A stretch of DNA of 64,000 bases from a virus: positions 1 through 64,000 of the IMG/VR virus record IMGVR_UViG_3300046787_000345; one strand, given 5' to 3'. How positions within the stretch are numbered: the stretch's first letter is position 1; each line of letters starts with the position of its first letter. A program made the position numbers and the translations under genes. Of the stretch, positions 17,041 to 26,480 are shown in pieces. The notes beneath the pieces were generated by a model, which saw nothing but the letters and a program-made list of their open reading frames with translations, made no database searches and had not been told where the DNA came from.

Positions 17041-18685
17041 CTATTAAGTCAATTTTATTACCCTTTGAATCAACCGCATCAGAAACTACAAAGAAGAATA
17101 ATCCTGCAGTATTTGTTAGAGGTGTTTTAGGAGTAAATATTAATTTATATGGAGTTCCAACTTTAATTCTAGCAGTTTTCAATTGGTCAATAGAACCAAA
17201 TGTTAATCTACCATCTTTATGAGTTGAAAAGTTAGTTATAGTACTTCCTGCATCAAATATCACATTATCCAAAGTTAATTTAGATTCATCATAATTCATA
17301 ATAACTTGTAAACCTGCCAATTCTGCTTTTGTTAAAGTAGTAGTCAATACAACTTTACCACCTTCTAATGTAGATGTAATACCCAATTTCGCTTGTTCTA
17401 CTGATAAAGTTCTATAACTCATCGAAACATTACTCATAGAACTAATTGAGTTTGTAGTTTTATTGTTTACTGCATTTGTAAATTGTCCTGCTGTTATTCT
17501 ACTAGCAATTACCGCTGGGTCTGATGAATGTGACCAGTTCAAATCACCACCCCATGCAAATACTGCGTATACTTCTTTTATAGGGGTATCAATCAATACT
17601 CTATTTTTTACAACTCCATCTAACCAACTTTGATTTAATAAACCACTATACCATCTTACTGATGTTGAAGTTGGTGTTGGAATCATTGCGTTTGAATCCA
17701 TATTCTGTCCCATTACATGTGCAAATAATGCGTATGAATCTCCTTCACCAAATGGATTTTGATTATTAGTTACTTTACCAACTCTTCTTTCTAACGCAGG
17801 TAATGTAAAGAAGTTTGCAGTTCCACTAATATCAGTTTGTGAGTGTCCTAAGAATGCTTTATAAGCATCGGATACTGTTACAATATTGTTCATCCAAGTC
17901 TTTTGCATTGCAGGACCAACGAATACACCAACTGAATCACCAACTTTTACTTGTGTTGTGAAAAGTGCTTCACCGCTACCGTCTAATGGTAACTGTGCTA
18001 TTGGCTGTCTACTCCAATCTATATCACCACTACCATCAGTTTTAAGATGCATTAATTGAACATTGTGGTCGGTTATAGTGTATCCTTGTGGGAATAGAAC
18101 TTTTACTTTAAATTGAGATGTATTACCCACAACACCATTTAATGATGACCAACCACCACCATATATAGTTCCAACATTCGCACCTGTCGTATCAGTACCA
18201 GTTGCTAAATCTATTTTGAATATATTATTGTAAGTATTTTTATCTTTTAGAATATATTTTTGAGTAGCAATTAAACCACTAATAGATGCATCTGCTCTTT
18301 GGACAGTTAATTGACCAACATTCCAATCGGAATTTACAGCATATCCCCACGGACTTAATCCATATTGAACATCTAAATCGTTATCACTCGCACCACCATT
18401 TGGTGTGAACTTATAATTTGTCCAACCTGTATAGAATGTTTGGGCAGATGAACCTTGATTAAACGTAGTAGATACATAAGTTAGTGCCTTATTATTAAAT
18501 TGGTATCTAAACCAAAGGTAACGAGCATTTTTAATCACTTGTCCTTTTGTTAGATTATATCTTACAGTAATTGTGTCACCTACTTTTAAACCAGTAGCAG
18601 GTGTTAAAGATTGACTGATTGTCAATTGTCCGAATGATGATAGTGATATTAAGAATATCCCCAAAAATACGATTAGTTTTTTCAT
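17033..18685 (-). CDS. Secreted protein with cohesin-like and degenerate dockerin-like domains, paralog of 14737-17040
   Basis: Signal ..SFGQ; FRYQFNNKALTYV, VTVSDAYKAF, WGGDLNWSHS, LAGLQVIMNYDESKLTL, DAVDSKG. Confidence 0.65.
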   Translation of the reverse strand: MKKLIVFLGIFLISLSSFGQLTISQSLTPATGLKVGDTITVRYNLTKGQVIKNARYLWFRYQFNNKALTYVSTTFNQGSSAQTFYTGWTNYKFTPNGGASDNDLDVQYGLSPWGYAVNSDWNVGQLTVQRADASISGLIATQKYILKDKNTYNNIFKIDLATGTDTTGANVGTIYGGGWSSLNGVVGNTSQFKVKVLFPQGYTITDHNVQLMHLKTDGSGDIDWSRQPIAQLPLDGSGEALFTTQVKVGDSVGVFVGPAMQKTWMNNIVTVSDAYKAFLGHSQTDISGTANFFTLPALERRVGKVTNNQNPFGEGDSYALFAHVMGQNMDSNAMIPTPTSTSVRWYSGLLNQSWLDGVVKNRVLIDTPIKEVYAVFAWGGDLNWSHSSDPAVIASRITAGQFTNAVNNKTTNSISSMSNVSMSYRTLSVEQAKLGITSTLEGGKVVLTTTLTKAELAGLQVIMNYDESKLTLDNVIFDAGSTITNFSTHKDGRLTFGSIDQLKTARIKVGTPYKLIFTPKTPLTNTAGLFFFVVSDAVDSKGNKIDLIVE

Positions 18686-19185
18686 TTTGTTAAGTCCTTT
18701 ATGATATTTTCACAAACTTTTTTTAATGCATTACTTGTTGATTGTTGATTAAATTTACCATCAGTTCCTACAATTAAAGTTGAAGTTGATATTTCTTCAC
18801 TTTCACCTTTTTGTACGGTCTTCTTAATACGTTTATCACCATCCCACAATTCTGCAGATGCAATAATTTGAGTTGTAGCAACACCTTTATGGAACACACT
18901 AATATTTGTTCCAACGTTTGCTACATCAAAAAACAATAACCTAACTTTAATTTTTAATTTCGAGTCTTTTACTAATGGATATCCTAAATCCATTAAACTT
19001 TCTTCTATGATGTTTTTCACACCAAATGCAAGATTTTTATTTCCTGCTAAATTTCCTAATTTAATATCATTCACAACCTCACCTACACTAATTTGTGGTA
19101 GTTCGGTTTGTGCTTTTAATGATGTTGTTGTAAGTGCAAAAAATGCCACTAATAAAATTGTAGTGAATTTTAAACCAATTTTCAT
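18682..19185 (-). CDS. Second, shorter CsgG/HfaB-like secreted protein
   Basis: LAFGVKNIIEESL, GESEEISTS, FNQQSTSNALKK parallel GLGVANI, GEAKT, FNQSTIGTSTKK of 11953-12672. Confidence 0.55.
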   Translation of the reverse strand: MKIGLKFTTILLVAFFALTTTSLKAQTELPQISVGEVVNDIKLGNLAGNKNLAFGVKNIIEESLMDLGYPLVKDSKLKIKVRLLFFDVANVGTNISVFHKGVATTQIIASAELWDGDKRIKKTVQKGESEEISTSTLIVGTDGKFNQQSTSNALKKVCENIIKDLTK

Positions 19186-19214
19186 GTTACCTCCTAAGTA
19201 AGTTTAGGCGTAAC
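19186..19214 (-). promoter_or_regulatory. Hairpin sequestering an AGGAGG SD-like sequence before the first envelope-operon gene
   Basis: Minus strand GTTAC-G-CCTAA-ACTTAC-TTAGG-AG-GTAAC-ATG. Confidence 0.55.
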
Positions 19215-19284
19215 CTTCATTAAAATAACGTGATTTACGAAACGAATTTGTGACGAGTGTCAGTAATAAGTATCAAATAGACAT

Positions 19285-19312
19285 AAAAAAACCCCACTAT
19301 TAAGTGAGGTTT
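19285..19312 (-). terminator. Intrinsic terminator ending glycosylation cluster
   Basis: AACCTCACT-TAAT-AGTGGGGTT plus T-run, overlapping stop at 19300. Confidence 0.65.
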
Positions 19313-20193
19313 CCCAATTCTTCATTAAAATTTTCTTCTGCTATTTTCTTAAATTCCTCTCGTCTATCTAATATACTTATATTACTGATGTAATGAGTGT
19401 TGTTTCTATACCTATAATTCTCGCAAACTACTAAGTTTTTAATCTTATATTGTTGAATGGTTATATCAGTTGTTTTCATTAATTTCTCAGCACCCCACAT
19501 TACAAACGTATCCTCATATCCGTAGTGACTGAAAGAATTTGGTATTCCTACTCTTCGTAGTAAATCTCCACTTAAACAAGTGAACCAACCTCCAGCGAAT
19601 TTAAATCGTGGTTGGTTTGGAAATGAGTTACTAACTGGTTCTAAACCAATTTCACCTTTGATACCCGAATCTAAATATGGGTCATTAGTTTTATGATAAT
19701 TTAACGATTTGGTAATATAATTTTCATTTACTAAGCAATCCCAAGTTGAATCCCATATTCTAACAATTTCAGGAGTTAAAATTGAATAGTTTGTTTTTTC
19801 TGAAACTATCGGTAATATATTTTCGAAATATACCAATGTTCTTTCATCAAATATAATATCAGTATCTAGCCAAATATAAAAATCAGCAGTATCTTGATGT
19901 ATTAAAGTATGTTTTCGTTGAGATACACATCCTTTGATATTATCATCTATTTGAAAATATTTAGCACACCAATCAACTCCATTTGATAATTTTAACATTT
20001 TATCTATGAAAAATTGTTTTGGTAATGATGATTGTTTCCAATCTACCATATCATCTGCTAAACACATTGTTACATCCAATACCCATTCATTAGTTTTATT
20101 AAGATAATACGATGCTTTACGAAGTTGGGTTAGTGTATTTTCCAACTCATCGATTTCGTGCGGTAATGCAAATATTGATATTACTATTCTCAT
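19300..20193 (-). CDS. GT-A fold glycosyltransferase
   Basis: WLDTDI DxD motif; HYGYEDTF. Confidence 0.7.
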   Translation of the reverse strand: MRIVISIFALPHEIDELENTLTQLRKASYYLNKTNEWVLDVTMCLADDMVDWKQSSLPKQFFIDKMLKLSNGVDWCAKYFQIDDNIKGCVSQRKHTLIHQDTADFYIWLDTDIIFDERTLVYFENILPIVSEKTNYSILTPEIVRIWDSTWDCLVNENYITKSLNYHKTNDPYLDSGIKGEIGLEPVSNSFPNQPRFKFAGGWFTCLSGDLLRRVGIPNSFSHYGYEDTFVMWGAEKLMKTTDITIQQYKIKNLVVCENYRYRNNTHYISNISILDRREEFKKIAEENFNEELGNLT

Positions 20194-20987
20194 TTATATA
20201 ACTCTATTATTTCTTGTTTGATTTTAGGGTCTCTATCGTACTGATGAACTATTACAAATTCATCACCATTTTGATTGTAGAACTTACCATCTCTATAAAT
20301 AGGAGTTGGTTCTAAAATTGGTAATTCATCTTTTTTACACCAAACTGTTCCTAATTGTGTTACAAATCCTTTTTCTTGATTAACAAGTTGTGTAGATGTT
20401 CTAAATTGTTCTAAATTTATAAGAACATTGAATGCTGCCTGGTCAGATAGTTGGTCTGGATTAGCAGTTGTCTTACTCCATCTATAAATTTGAATAAATA
20501 AATCTCTAATAGATTCCAAATCACCTACAATTGTTCCAGCACAATAACTAATTTTTTCACTCAATCCTAACTGCCATTCCATAGGAAATGATGAACCAGT
20601 ATTTACTACAGCCCACGGGTCATCTTTAAGTTTAACACATTCTGAAAAAGCAAATAATTTAGTAAATGAACTATTATCTTCAATCCAACCAATTGGATTT
20701 TTTTGAAATATAACATCTTTTACATCGGTCCAAATAATCCAATCAGTTTTATACTGATTAAGAATTACATACATATCTCTAAATCGTTGTAAAATTATAT
20801 GTTCTTGTAATTCAGATTGGAATAATATCCAACCTTTCTTTGTTAGATATTCAATAACATCGGTAGATACATCGTAAATCAACATTACCTTATCACCATT
20901 GAACCCACTTTTCTCAACCGATTCTATATATGGTCTGATATCATCTACTCCGTATTTGGTTATACAACCTACTATTGTGTATTTCAT
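20190..20987 (-). CDS. Glycosyltransferase-like (GT-A)
   Basis: WTDVKDVIFQ.NP, DQAAFN, IVHQYDR motifs. Confidence 0.7.
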   Translation of the reverse strand: MKYTIVGCITKYGVDDIRPYIESVEKSGFNGDKVMLIYDVSTDVIEYLTKKGWILFQSELQEHIILQRFRDMYVILNQYKTDWIIWTDVKDVIFQKNPIGWIEDNSSFTKLFAFSECVKLKDDPWAVVNTGSSFPMEWQLGLSEKISYCAGTIVGDLESIRDLFIQIYRWSKTTANPDQLSDQAAFNVLINLEQFRTSTQLVNQEKGFVTQLGTVWCKKDELPILEPTPIYRDGKFYNQNGDEFVIVHQYDRDPKIKQEIIELYK

Positions 20988-20993
20988 TATAAC

Positions 20994-21677
20994 TTATTTT
21001 CTTGCATATAACATACCAGTTGTACCGGCACCATCAAAGTCAATTTTAACCTCAAATCCTGCTGATTGTATTTTTGATACCAATCCCACAACTTTTAAAT
21101 CAGTTGGTGGGTTATGAAATTCTATTGCAATTTTATCTATTTTAGTACTCAATGTATCAATATCAATTGCTTCAAATATTTCGTATTCAGCACCTTCACA
21201 ATCTACTTTAAAATAATTTATTTTGTCATGCGGTTTTAAAACATCATTTATATTATAAACTTGAACTTCATATGATGATTTAATTGTATTAGGACTCATT
21301 TCAGAATGTAATGAGGACCTACCAGGAAAATTGTTTTCGTAAAAGGTAACGATACCATTCTTATTCGATACTGCCGCCTGATTTAGTTCAACATTCGGTA
21401 TATTTAATTTTTTAAAAAACCCAATTAATTTTGGGTTAGGTTCATAACCAACTATTTTAGATGGATTGTATTGTAATGCATCTAAACTAAATAATCCAAA
21501 ATTTACTCCAATATCAATTACAACATCACCTTCTTCGATTGATACGAAATCATTGTTGTAGACATTTAAATTTATAATTTCATTTAATATGTAATTAATA
21601 TCCATTTTATCGGTATCCGATAATTCAGATTGAATCGTTTCTAAGTATTTATCGAAATGTTCTCTATTATTTTTCAT
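20994..21677 (-). CDS. FkbM-family methyltransferase
   Basis: DIGVNFGLFS, YEPNP, KVDCEGAE, IEFH. Confidence 0.85.
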   Translation of the reverse strand: MKNNREHFDKYLETIQSELSDTDKMDINYILNEIINLNVYNNDFVSIEEGDVVIDIGVNFGLFSLDALQYNPSKIVGYEPNPKLIGFFKKLNIPNVELNQAAVSNKNGIVTFYENNFPGRSSLHSEMSPNTIKSSYEVQVYNINDVLKPHDKINYFKVDCEGAEYEIFEAIDIDTLSTKIDKIAIEFHNPPTDLKVVGLVSKIQSAGFEVKIDFDGAGTTGMLYARK

Positions 21678-22287
21678 AGTACCAGCATTGGTTATTTGTA
21701 ATTACATTTAAATTATTTTTATCAGCATATGTTTTAACGGCACGTTCAACATCACCATTTGGCCAAAGATAATCATCACCACATAAAACAGCGTTTGGCC
21801 AGTATTTTCCAGCGGTTTCGATATCATATAATACATGCTCATAATCATGATGTGCATCTATATAAATCAAATCAAATGGTATATCTAATTTACTAAGTAA
21901 ATCCAATCCTTCATTTGTTTTTTTTCTAATAGGAGTTAAACGATTGCGATATTCCCAATTATTTACCAAAAAAATTTCCCATAAATTAGATATTTCATCA
22001 TACAATTCCATTGCAGCTTCTCTATCAAATGAACTTTGTATATGGTCTTCTATATCAGTACTCCAATGGTCTACACAAACTAAATGGGCATTGGGTGAGT
22101 TTTTTAAAATAAAATTAGTAGAACCAATTCCAGTCCAACTACCCATTTCTAAAATAAAAGATGGGTTTATTTTTTTAATTAATTTTCGTAATACCTCAGC
22201 GTTTTGTTCACAAAACCAATTGTGTGAACTTGGTATTATTGTCGGTTTTTCAGTTGGCCACTGAAATAAGTTATTAATTTTATCCAT
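21667..22287 (-). CDS. Class I SAM methyltransferase (Methyltransf_24-like)
   Basis: LEMGSWTG, DLIYIDAHHDY, CGDDY. Confidence 0.8.
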   Translation of the reverse strand: MDKINNLFQWPTEKPTIIPSSHNWFCEQNAEVLRKLIKKINPSFILEMGSWTGIGSTNFILKNSPNAHLVCVDHWSTDIEDHIQSSFDREAAMELYDEISNLWEIFLVNNWEYRNRLTPIRKKTNEGLDLLSKLDIPFDLIYIDAHHDYEHVLYDIETAGKYWPNAVLCGDDYLWPNGDVERAVKTYADKNNLNVITNNQCWYYEK

Positions 22288-23012
22288 TATAATTTATTTT
22301 TGTAATCTAAATATTTTTTATAATCAGTTTGGTTATAAAATTCTTTCCATTGGTGGTCGAATACTGCGTTTGACCTAAATATTCCACTTGCAGTTTCAGA
22401 TAACCCATCCCATTCTGAATAACTATATCCATTTAAATGTAATAATGCTGAAATTAGAACATCCCCATGTCTTGTTATTCGTCTATCCAAACTATTTAAG
22501 TAATCCGTAGTATATTCATCTTTAATTATAGATTCAATTGATTTAACCATAGCATCCATTTTAACAATACTACCACCGCACATATTGTATTTAATATCAT
22601 GTGGATTTACATTTGGATATTTGTGTAATATCAATAAACAAAAGTTGTCATGAAATTGATGACCTACTACACCACCAGAATCTTTTTTTGGAAATACTAT
22701 GTTATTGTGTAATGTATTTACATCTTCTTCTAAAAACAATAACCATTCATTTGGAAATGTTTTACAAGTTAATAATATTCGTTCTAAATAATTATACCAA
22801 TTATCATCACCCAATCCTTTCGGTGATATATTAATATCCCAATGTGTATATTTTAGGTTGAACTTATTTTGAAATTCAGCAAAATTATAACCGTTATCTC
22901 CATGTAAATATATAGGTGTATTTGGAAAATTTAAACGAAATCTTCGGATACATTCCTCTACTGCTATTTGATTATTATGAACCTGAAGATGCGTGGTTAT
23001 ATTATTTACCAT
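22287..23012 (-). CDS. Glycosyltransferase-like protein (probable start 23012)
   Basis: LFLEEDV, CGGSI; located within GT cluster. Confidence 0.55.
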   Translation of the reverse strand: MVNNITTHLQVHNNQIAVEECIRRFRLNFPNTPIYLHGDNGYNFAEFQNKFNLKYTHWDINISPKGLGDDNWYNYLERILLTCKTFPNEWLLFLEEDVNTLHNNIVFPKKDSGGVVGHQFHDNFCLLILHKYPNVNPHDIKYNMCGGSIVKMDAMVKSIESIIKDEYTTDYLNSLDRRITRHGDVLISALLHLNGYSYSEWDGLSETASGIFRSNAVFDHQWKEFYNQTDYKKYLDYKNKL

Positions 23013-23757
23013 ATTTTTGCCAGTCGTTGTGTTTGAATAACCCCTCACCATGTGCTACACCAAAGTTTTGTCTTGGCCACCAGTAAGCAATCTTTCTTTC
23101 TAAATCGATACCCTCACCCATAAATGGTTCTATTACATTTAAGTAAAATTCTTTTTTGTATAAACAAGGATTATTAGTCCAATTACCATATCTTGAACTT
23201 GTTAAAAAGTATTCACCAAATTGACCTATTTGTTCAGGAAATTCTTTTTTAGGGTCACACCAATGTACTGAATCTAAAAGATGCGGTGATTGTATTTCAT
23301 GCCAATCATCATAGTAAGTAAGTTCCTTACCTTTATATTGAAATGAGAAATGTGGGTGACCGGGTTCGTTTCTGTGTCTATATCTTACTACATCAACACT
23401 TCCACCTAATAACTCTAATCCAGATAATAATCTATCATAAGTAGTTGCTCTATCTTCGATTAGATTCCAATCATGCTCTAAAATTAAAACGTGCTCTGAT
23501 TGTGCTGTTTCGGTTAAACGTTTAAATGCTTTTCCAATACCAATATTTTTCTGTAATCCAATACAATCAATTCCAAAATGAGATGCAATCTGATAATCTT
23601 GTTCGGTTACTTCTTGAAAAAGAATAGTAACATCGTTTACCATATCCAACAACCCATTTTGGTAATAAGTTGTCAACGTGTCTACCAGTACTTGACCGGA
23701 ATGCCATGCAAGTATTCCAATTGAAATTGGTAGTTTATTTGTAGTATTGTTTGACAT
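23002..23757 (-). CDS. GT2-like glycosyltransferase
   Basis: NIGIG, LILEHDW, WTNNP. Confidence 0.65.
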   Translation of the reverse strand: MSNNTTNKLPISIGILAWHSGQVLVDTLTTYYQNGLLDMVNDVTILFQEVTEQDYQIASHFGIDCIGLQKNIGIGKAFKRLTETAQSEHVLILEHDWNLIEDRATTYDRLLSGLELLGGSVDVVRYRHRNEPGHPHFSFQYKGKELTYYDDWHEIQSPHLLDSVHWCDPKKEFPEQIGQFGEYFLTSSRYGNWTNNPCLYKKEFYLNVIEPFMGEGIDLERKIAYWWPRQNFGVAHGEGLFKHNDWQKYGK

Positions 23758-24487
23758 GATTCCAAATTTGTTTTATGATATTTTTTTTATTCGTATGACC
23801 ACCCATTTTACTACCAGTAAAATGCCAGATGTATGAATCATTTATAAATTCACCATCATCGTATTTACTCATCACCATATTGTTCCACTCCCACCCTAAG
23901 AATTTTATATCTTTTGGTAGATACCCATCGTCATCTACATACAAATCATACATAATAATGTTTACAGGTGTTTGTTCACATGCATTAGGACCAGTTGGAC
24001 CTACTTTATAGAATGATGACCAATACTCATGATATTTTGGTATTTCGTTTCTAATTGCTAAATACTTTTCTTTTGATAAAAATACAAAACCAGTATTACA
24101 ATAGTTGACTGGTGGAGTTTTTATATTTGGGTTTAAATCTACCCATTGGTTTAAATGATATTTACCGACTTGTGGACCTCCGGCATCTCTAATCATACAC
24201 ATCGTATAATCCTTAGCAACTTCAAAGATGTTAGGTGCATCCCAACGAATCATAGTATCGGAATCAATTAGAATAACTTTATCGTAATCTAATTCAACTA
24301 ATCTTTCATCATACCACGGCTCAAAACATCCATTACCCCACGGCTCAAATTCATATTCTTTTTCTTCGTTTGCTATGATTAATTGAATATCCCATTTATT
24401 ACAATAATATTTCCAACTTTCAATACCTTCAGGCCATTCTTTATCAAATCCATTATATGCAGGAATGAATATTATATTTTTACTCAT
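23735..24487 (-). CDS. GT8/GT34-like glycosyltransferase
   Basis: IDSDTMI, NTGFVF, EQTPVN, WHFTG. Confidence 0.7.
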   Translation of the reverse strand: MSKNIIFIPAYNGFDKEWPEGIESWKYYCNKWDIQLIIANEEKEYEFEPWGNGCFEPWYDERLVELDYDKVILIDSDTMIRWDAPNIFEVAKDYTMCMIRDAGGPQVGKYHLNQWVDLNPNIKTPPVNYCNTGFVFLSKEKYLAIRNEIPKYHEYWSSFYKVGPTGPNACEQTPVNIIMYDLYVDDDGYLPKDIKFLGWEWNNMVMSKYDDGEFINDSYIWHFTGSKMGGHTNKKNIIKQIWNHVKQYYK

Positions 24488-25332
24488 AAACTTTGTATAT
24501 ATTCTTTTAATCTATCTTTGGGTTTCCAATTTAATCTGATTAGAGTATCATCATTTTCCCTAAGTGTTTTACGATAATTTCCATGTTGGTCTGGAATATG
24601 TACTTTATCTACTCCAAATTTATTTTTAAACAATTCATATACTTCATTTATAGAATAGTTTGTTCCAGTTCCCAATTCCCAAGCATCTTCATGTGATTCA
24701 GAACTCATTCCTATTTTATATAAACCATCTACTATATCTTCAACGTGAGTAAAATCTCTACGTTGTTCACCATCACCCACAATTGTAATTGGTTCATTAT
24801 CACGTGTTTGTCTTCTCCATATTCCAATCACTGCTGCCCAATCACCATCTACAATTTCATTTGGTCCATATACATTATAAAATCTTGCAATCTCTGCATT
24901 TAGTCCATATACTTTTTTATACATTTTAAGAATTTCTTCTCCAATGTGTTTATAACATGCGTAAGGTGATTGATATGGATTGTGCCAACGAGATGATGAA
25001 CCTGCGTAAATTAATTTTACATTATTATGTCTTGCAAATTCACAAACTGCTTCAGTTCCCCTACTATTTACTCTAAAAGTTTCAACCGGATTTTCAAACG
25101 ATGGTTGGATTCTACTTAATGCTGCTAAGTGGTAAACTATATCAAAGGAATCCCCTTCCCAATATTCAAGTTGTTCTATGTCTCCACTTATGTAATTACA
25201 TCCTTCTATATGATTTTCTCTTAAACCACTATCGTAATTATCTAATGAATGAACTGAATGACCTTCAGTTAGTAATCGTTTTATAAGATTTGTACCTACA
25301 AACCCTGCACCACCTGTAACTAATATTTTCAT
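24484..25332 (-). CDS. NAD-dependent nucleotide-sugar epimerase/dehydratase
   Basis: TGGAGFVG, YxxxK (YACYK), RFYNVYG, GDGEQRRDFTHV. Confidence 0.9.
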   Translation of the reverse strand: MKILVTGGAGFVGTNLIKRLLTEGHSVHSLDNYDSGLRENHIEGCNYISGDIEQLEYWEGDSFDIVYHLAALSRIQPSFENPVETFRVNSRGTEAVCEFARHNNVKLIYAGSSSRWHNPYQSPYACYKHIGEEILKMYKKVYGLNAEIARFYNVYGPNEIVDGDWAAVIGIWRRQTRDNEPITIVGDGEQRRDFTHVEDIVDGLYKIGMSSESHEDAWELGTGTNYSINEVYELFKNKFGVDKVHIPDQHGNYRKTLRENDDTLIRLNWKPKDRLKEYIQSL

Positions 25333-25333
25333 A

Positions 25334-25966
25334 CTATTTTTGTAATTCAGAATAATAATTATTTTGTTTCTCCTGTCTTACTATATCTTTATGGTGATAT
25401 AATGAGAATTGTTCTTCTGCAGGGAAATTTGAGAATGTGTTATAACCAGTAATTTGTTCGTGAACTTTATTCATCCAAACTACATCATCGGTATTCTTAT
25501 AAATTCTTGTTTGATAATCTGGATAATTTACCCATCCTTTTTCGTTCACCTTCCATCCCCATTTTTGAATATGGGAATCAGTTAAACCATTGACTGTATT
25601 TACGCGTGGTACAAATACAATATCTACACTATTGGTATCTAATACTTCACCTAAAATTTCAATTAGGTACTCATGTGGAATTTCATCTGCATCGATTTGA
25701 AAGATATAATCTTTACTACAATGTGATTTTAAATTATTCTTAAATGATGCGAAATCATTATCTAATGAAAATGATATAACTTTATATTCATTATGTAATA
25801 GATTCATTACATTTAGATATTCTTTTACTTCTTGAGTTGCAGAAGATGAATCATATTGAATTACGATTTCATCTTCTTCTCTAATATGTAATTGTAAAAA
25901 GTTTAATAATGTAGTTATTTCTTCTAACTCATTACAAACTGTAATTGCGTAACTGATACTAGCCAT
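25334..25966 (-). CDS. GT2 glycosyltransferase
   Basis: IDADE, PDYQ.R, KVHE. Confidence 0.8.
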   Translation of the reverse strand: MASISYAITVCNELEEITTLLNFLQLHIREEDEIVIQYDSSSATQEVKEYLNVMNLLHNEYKVISFSLDNDFASFKNNLKSHCSKDYIFQIDADEIPHEYLIEILGEVLDTNSVDIVFVPRVNTVNGLTDSHIQKWGWKVNEKGWVNYPDYQTRIYKNTDDVVWMNKVHEQITGYNTFSNFPAEEQFSLYHHKDIVRQEKQNNYYSELQK

Positions 25967-26480
25967 CGTTTTCGTTTATTTCTTTTTTAATAACTTCTCT
26001 TCTATTGGAAGGAGTAGTTCCTTCCTTAAATATATCTTGTAAAAACCCATCTTCAAATCTAATTTCCCATGCGTTTTGTATTTTATCGATAAAATATGTT
26101 CTATAATTATCTAACATAGGTGAATAAATTTTTGGATTATTTTTTACATATCCCTCAAATAATTGTCTACCATCTCTTGGGAATAATTTTAGTATTTCAC
26201 TAAGTGGTTGAGTTTTTTCAATAGGTTTAGCTTTGTTTCGTAACTTATTTAAAAAAGTTATAAAATTATCAGGAAGTATCTGATTTAATAATAGACAATG
26301 TATCTTATTATTGAGTTTACCAATAACAAAAACATAACGAGATTCTAATCCCACTTTAGTTGGAGGAACGCCATCTTTGTATGTTGAAATACGATAAATG
26401 TTACAAGGTAAAATTTGATTCTTACCAACTCTAATTTCAGGAGTTAAAATTTGTTTGTATTGTTGGGTAAATAATCTCAT
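25959..26480 (-). CDS. Hypothetical protein
   Basis: 173 aa ORF translationally coupled to neighbours. Confidence 0.6.
   Translation of the reverse strand: MRLFTQQYKQILTPEIRVGKNQILPCNIYRISTYKDGVPPTKVGLESRYVFVIGKLNNKIHCLLLNQILPDNFITFLNKLRNKAKPIEKTQPLSEILKLFPRDGRQLFEGYVKNNPKIYSPMLDNYRTYFIDKIQNAWEIRFEDGFLQDIFKEGTTPSNRREVIKKEINENDG

Noticed and set aside
11953-19185. Canonical curli (csgBAC/DEFG) operon
   Set aside because: No curlin-repeat proteins or recognisable CsgE/F; CsgG-like proteins lack a lipobox
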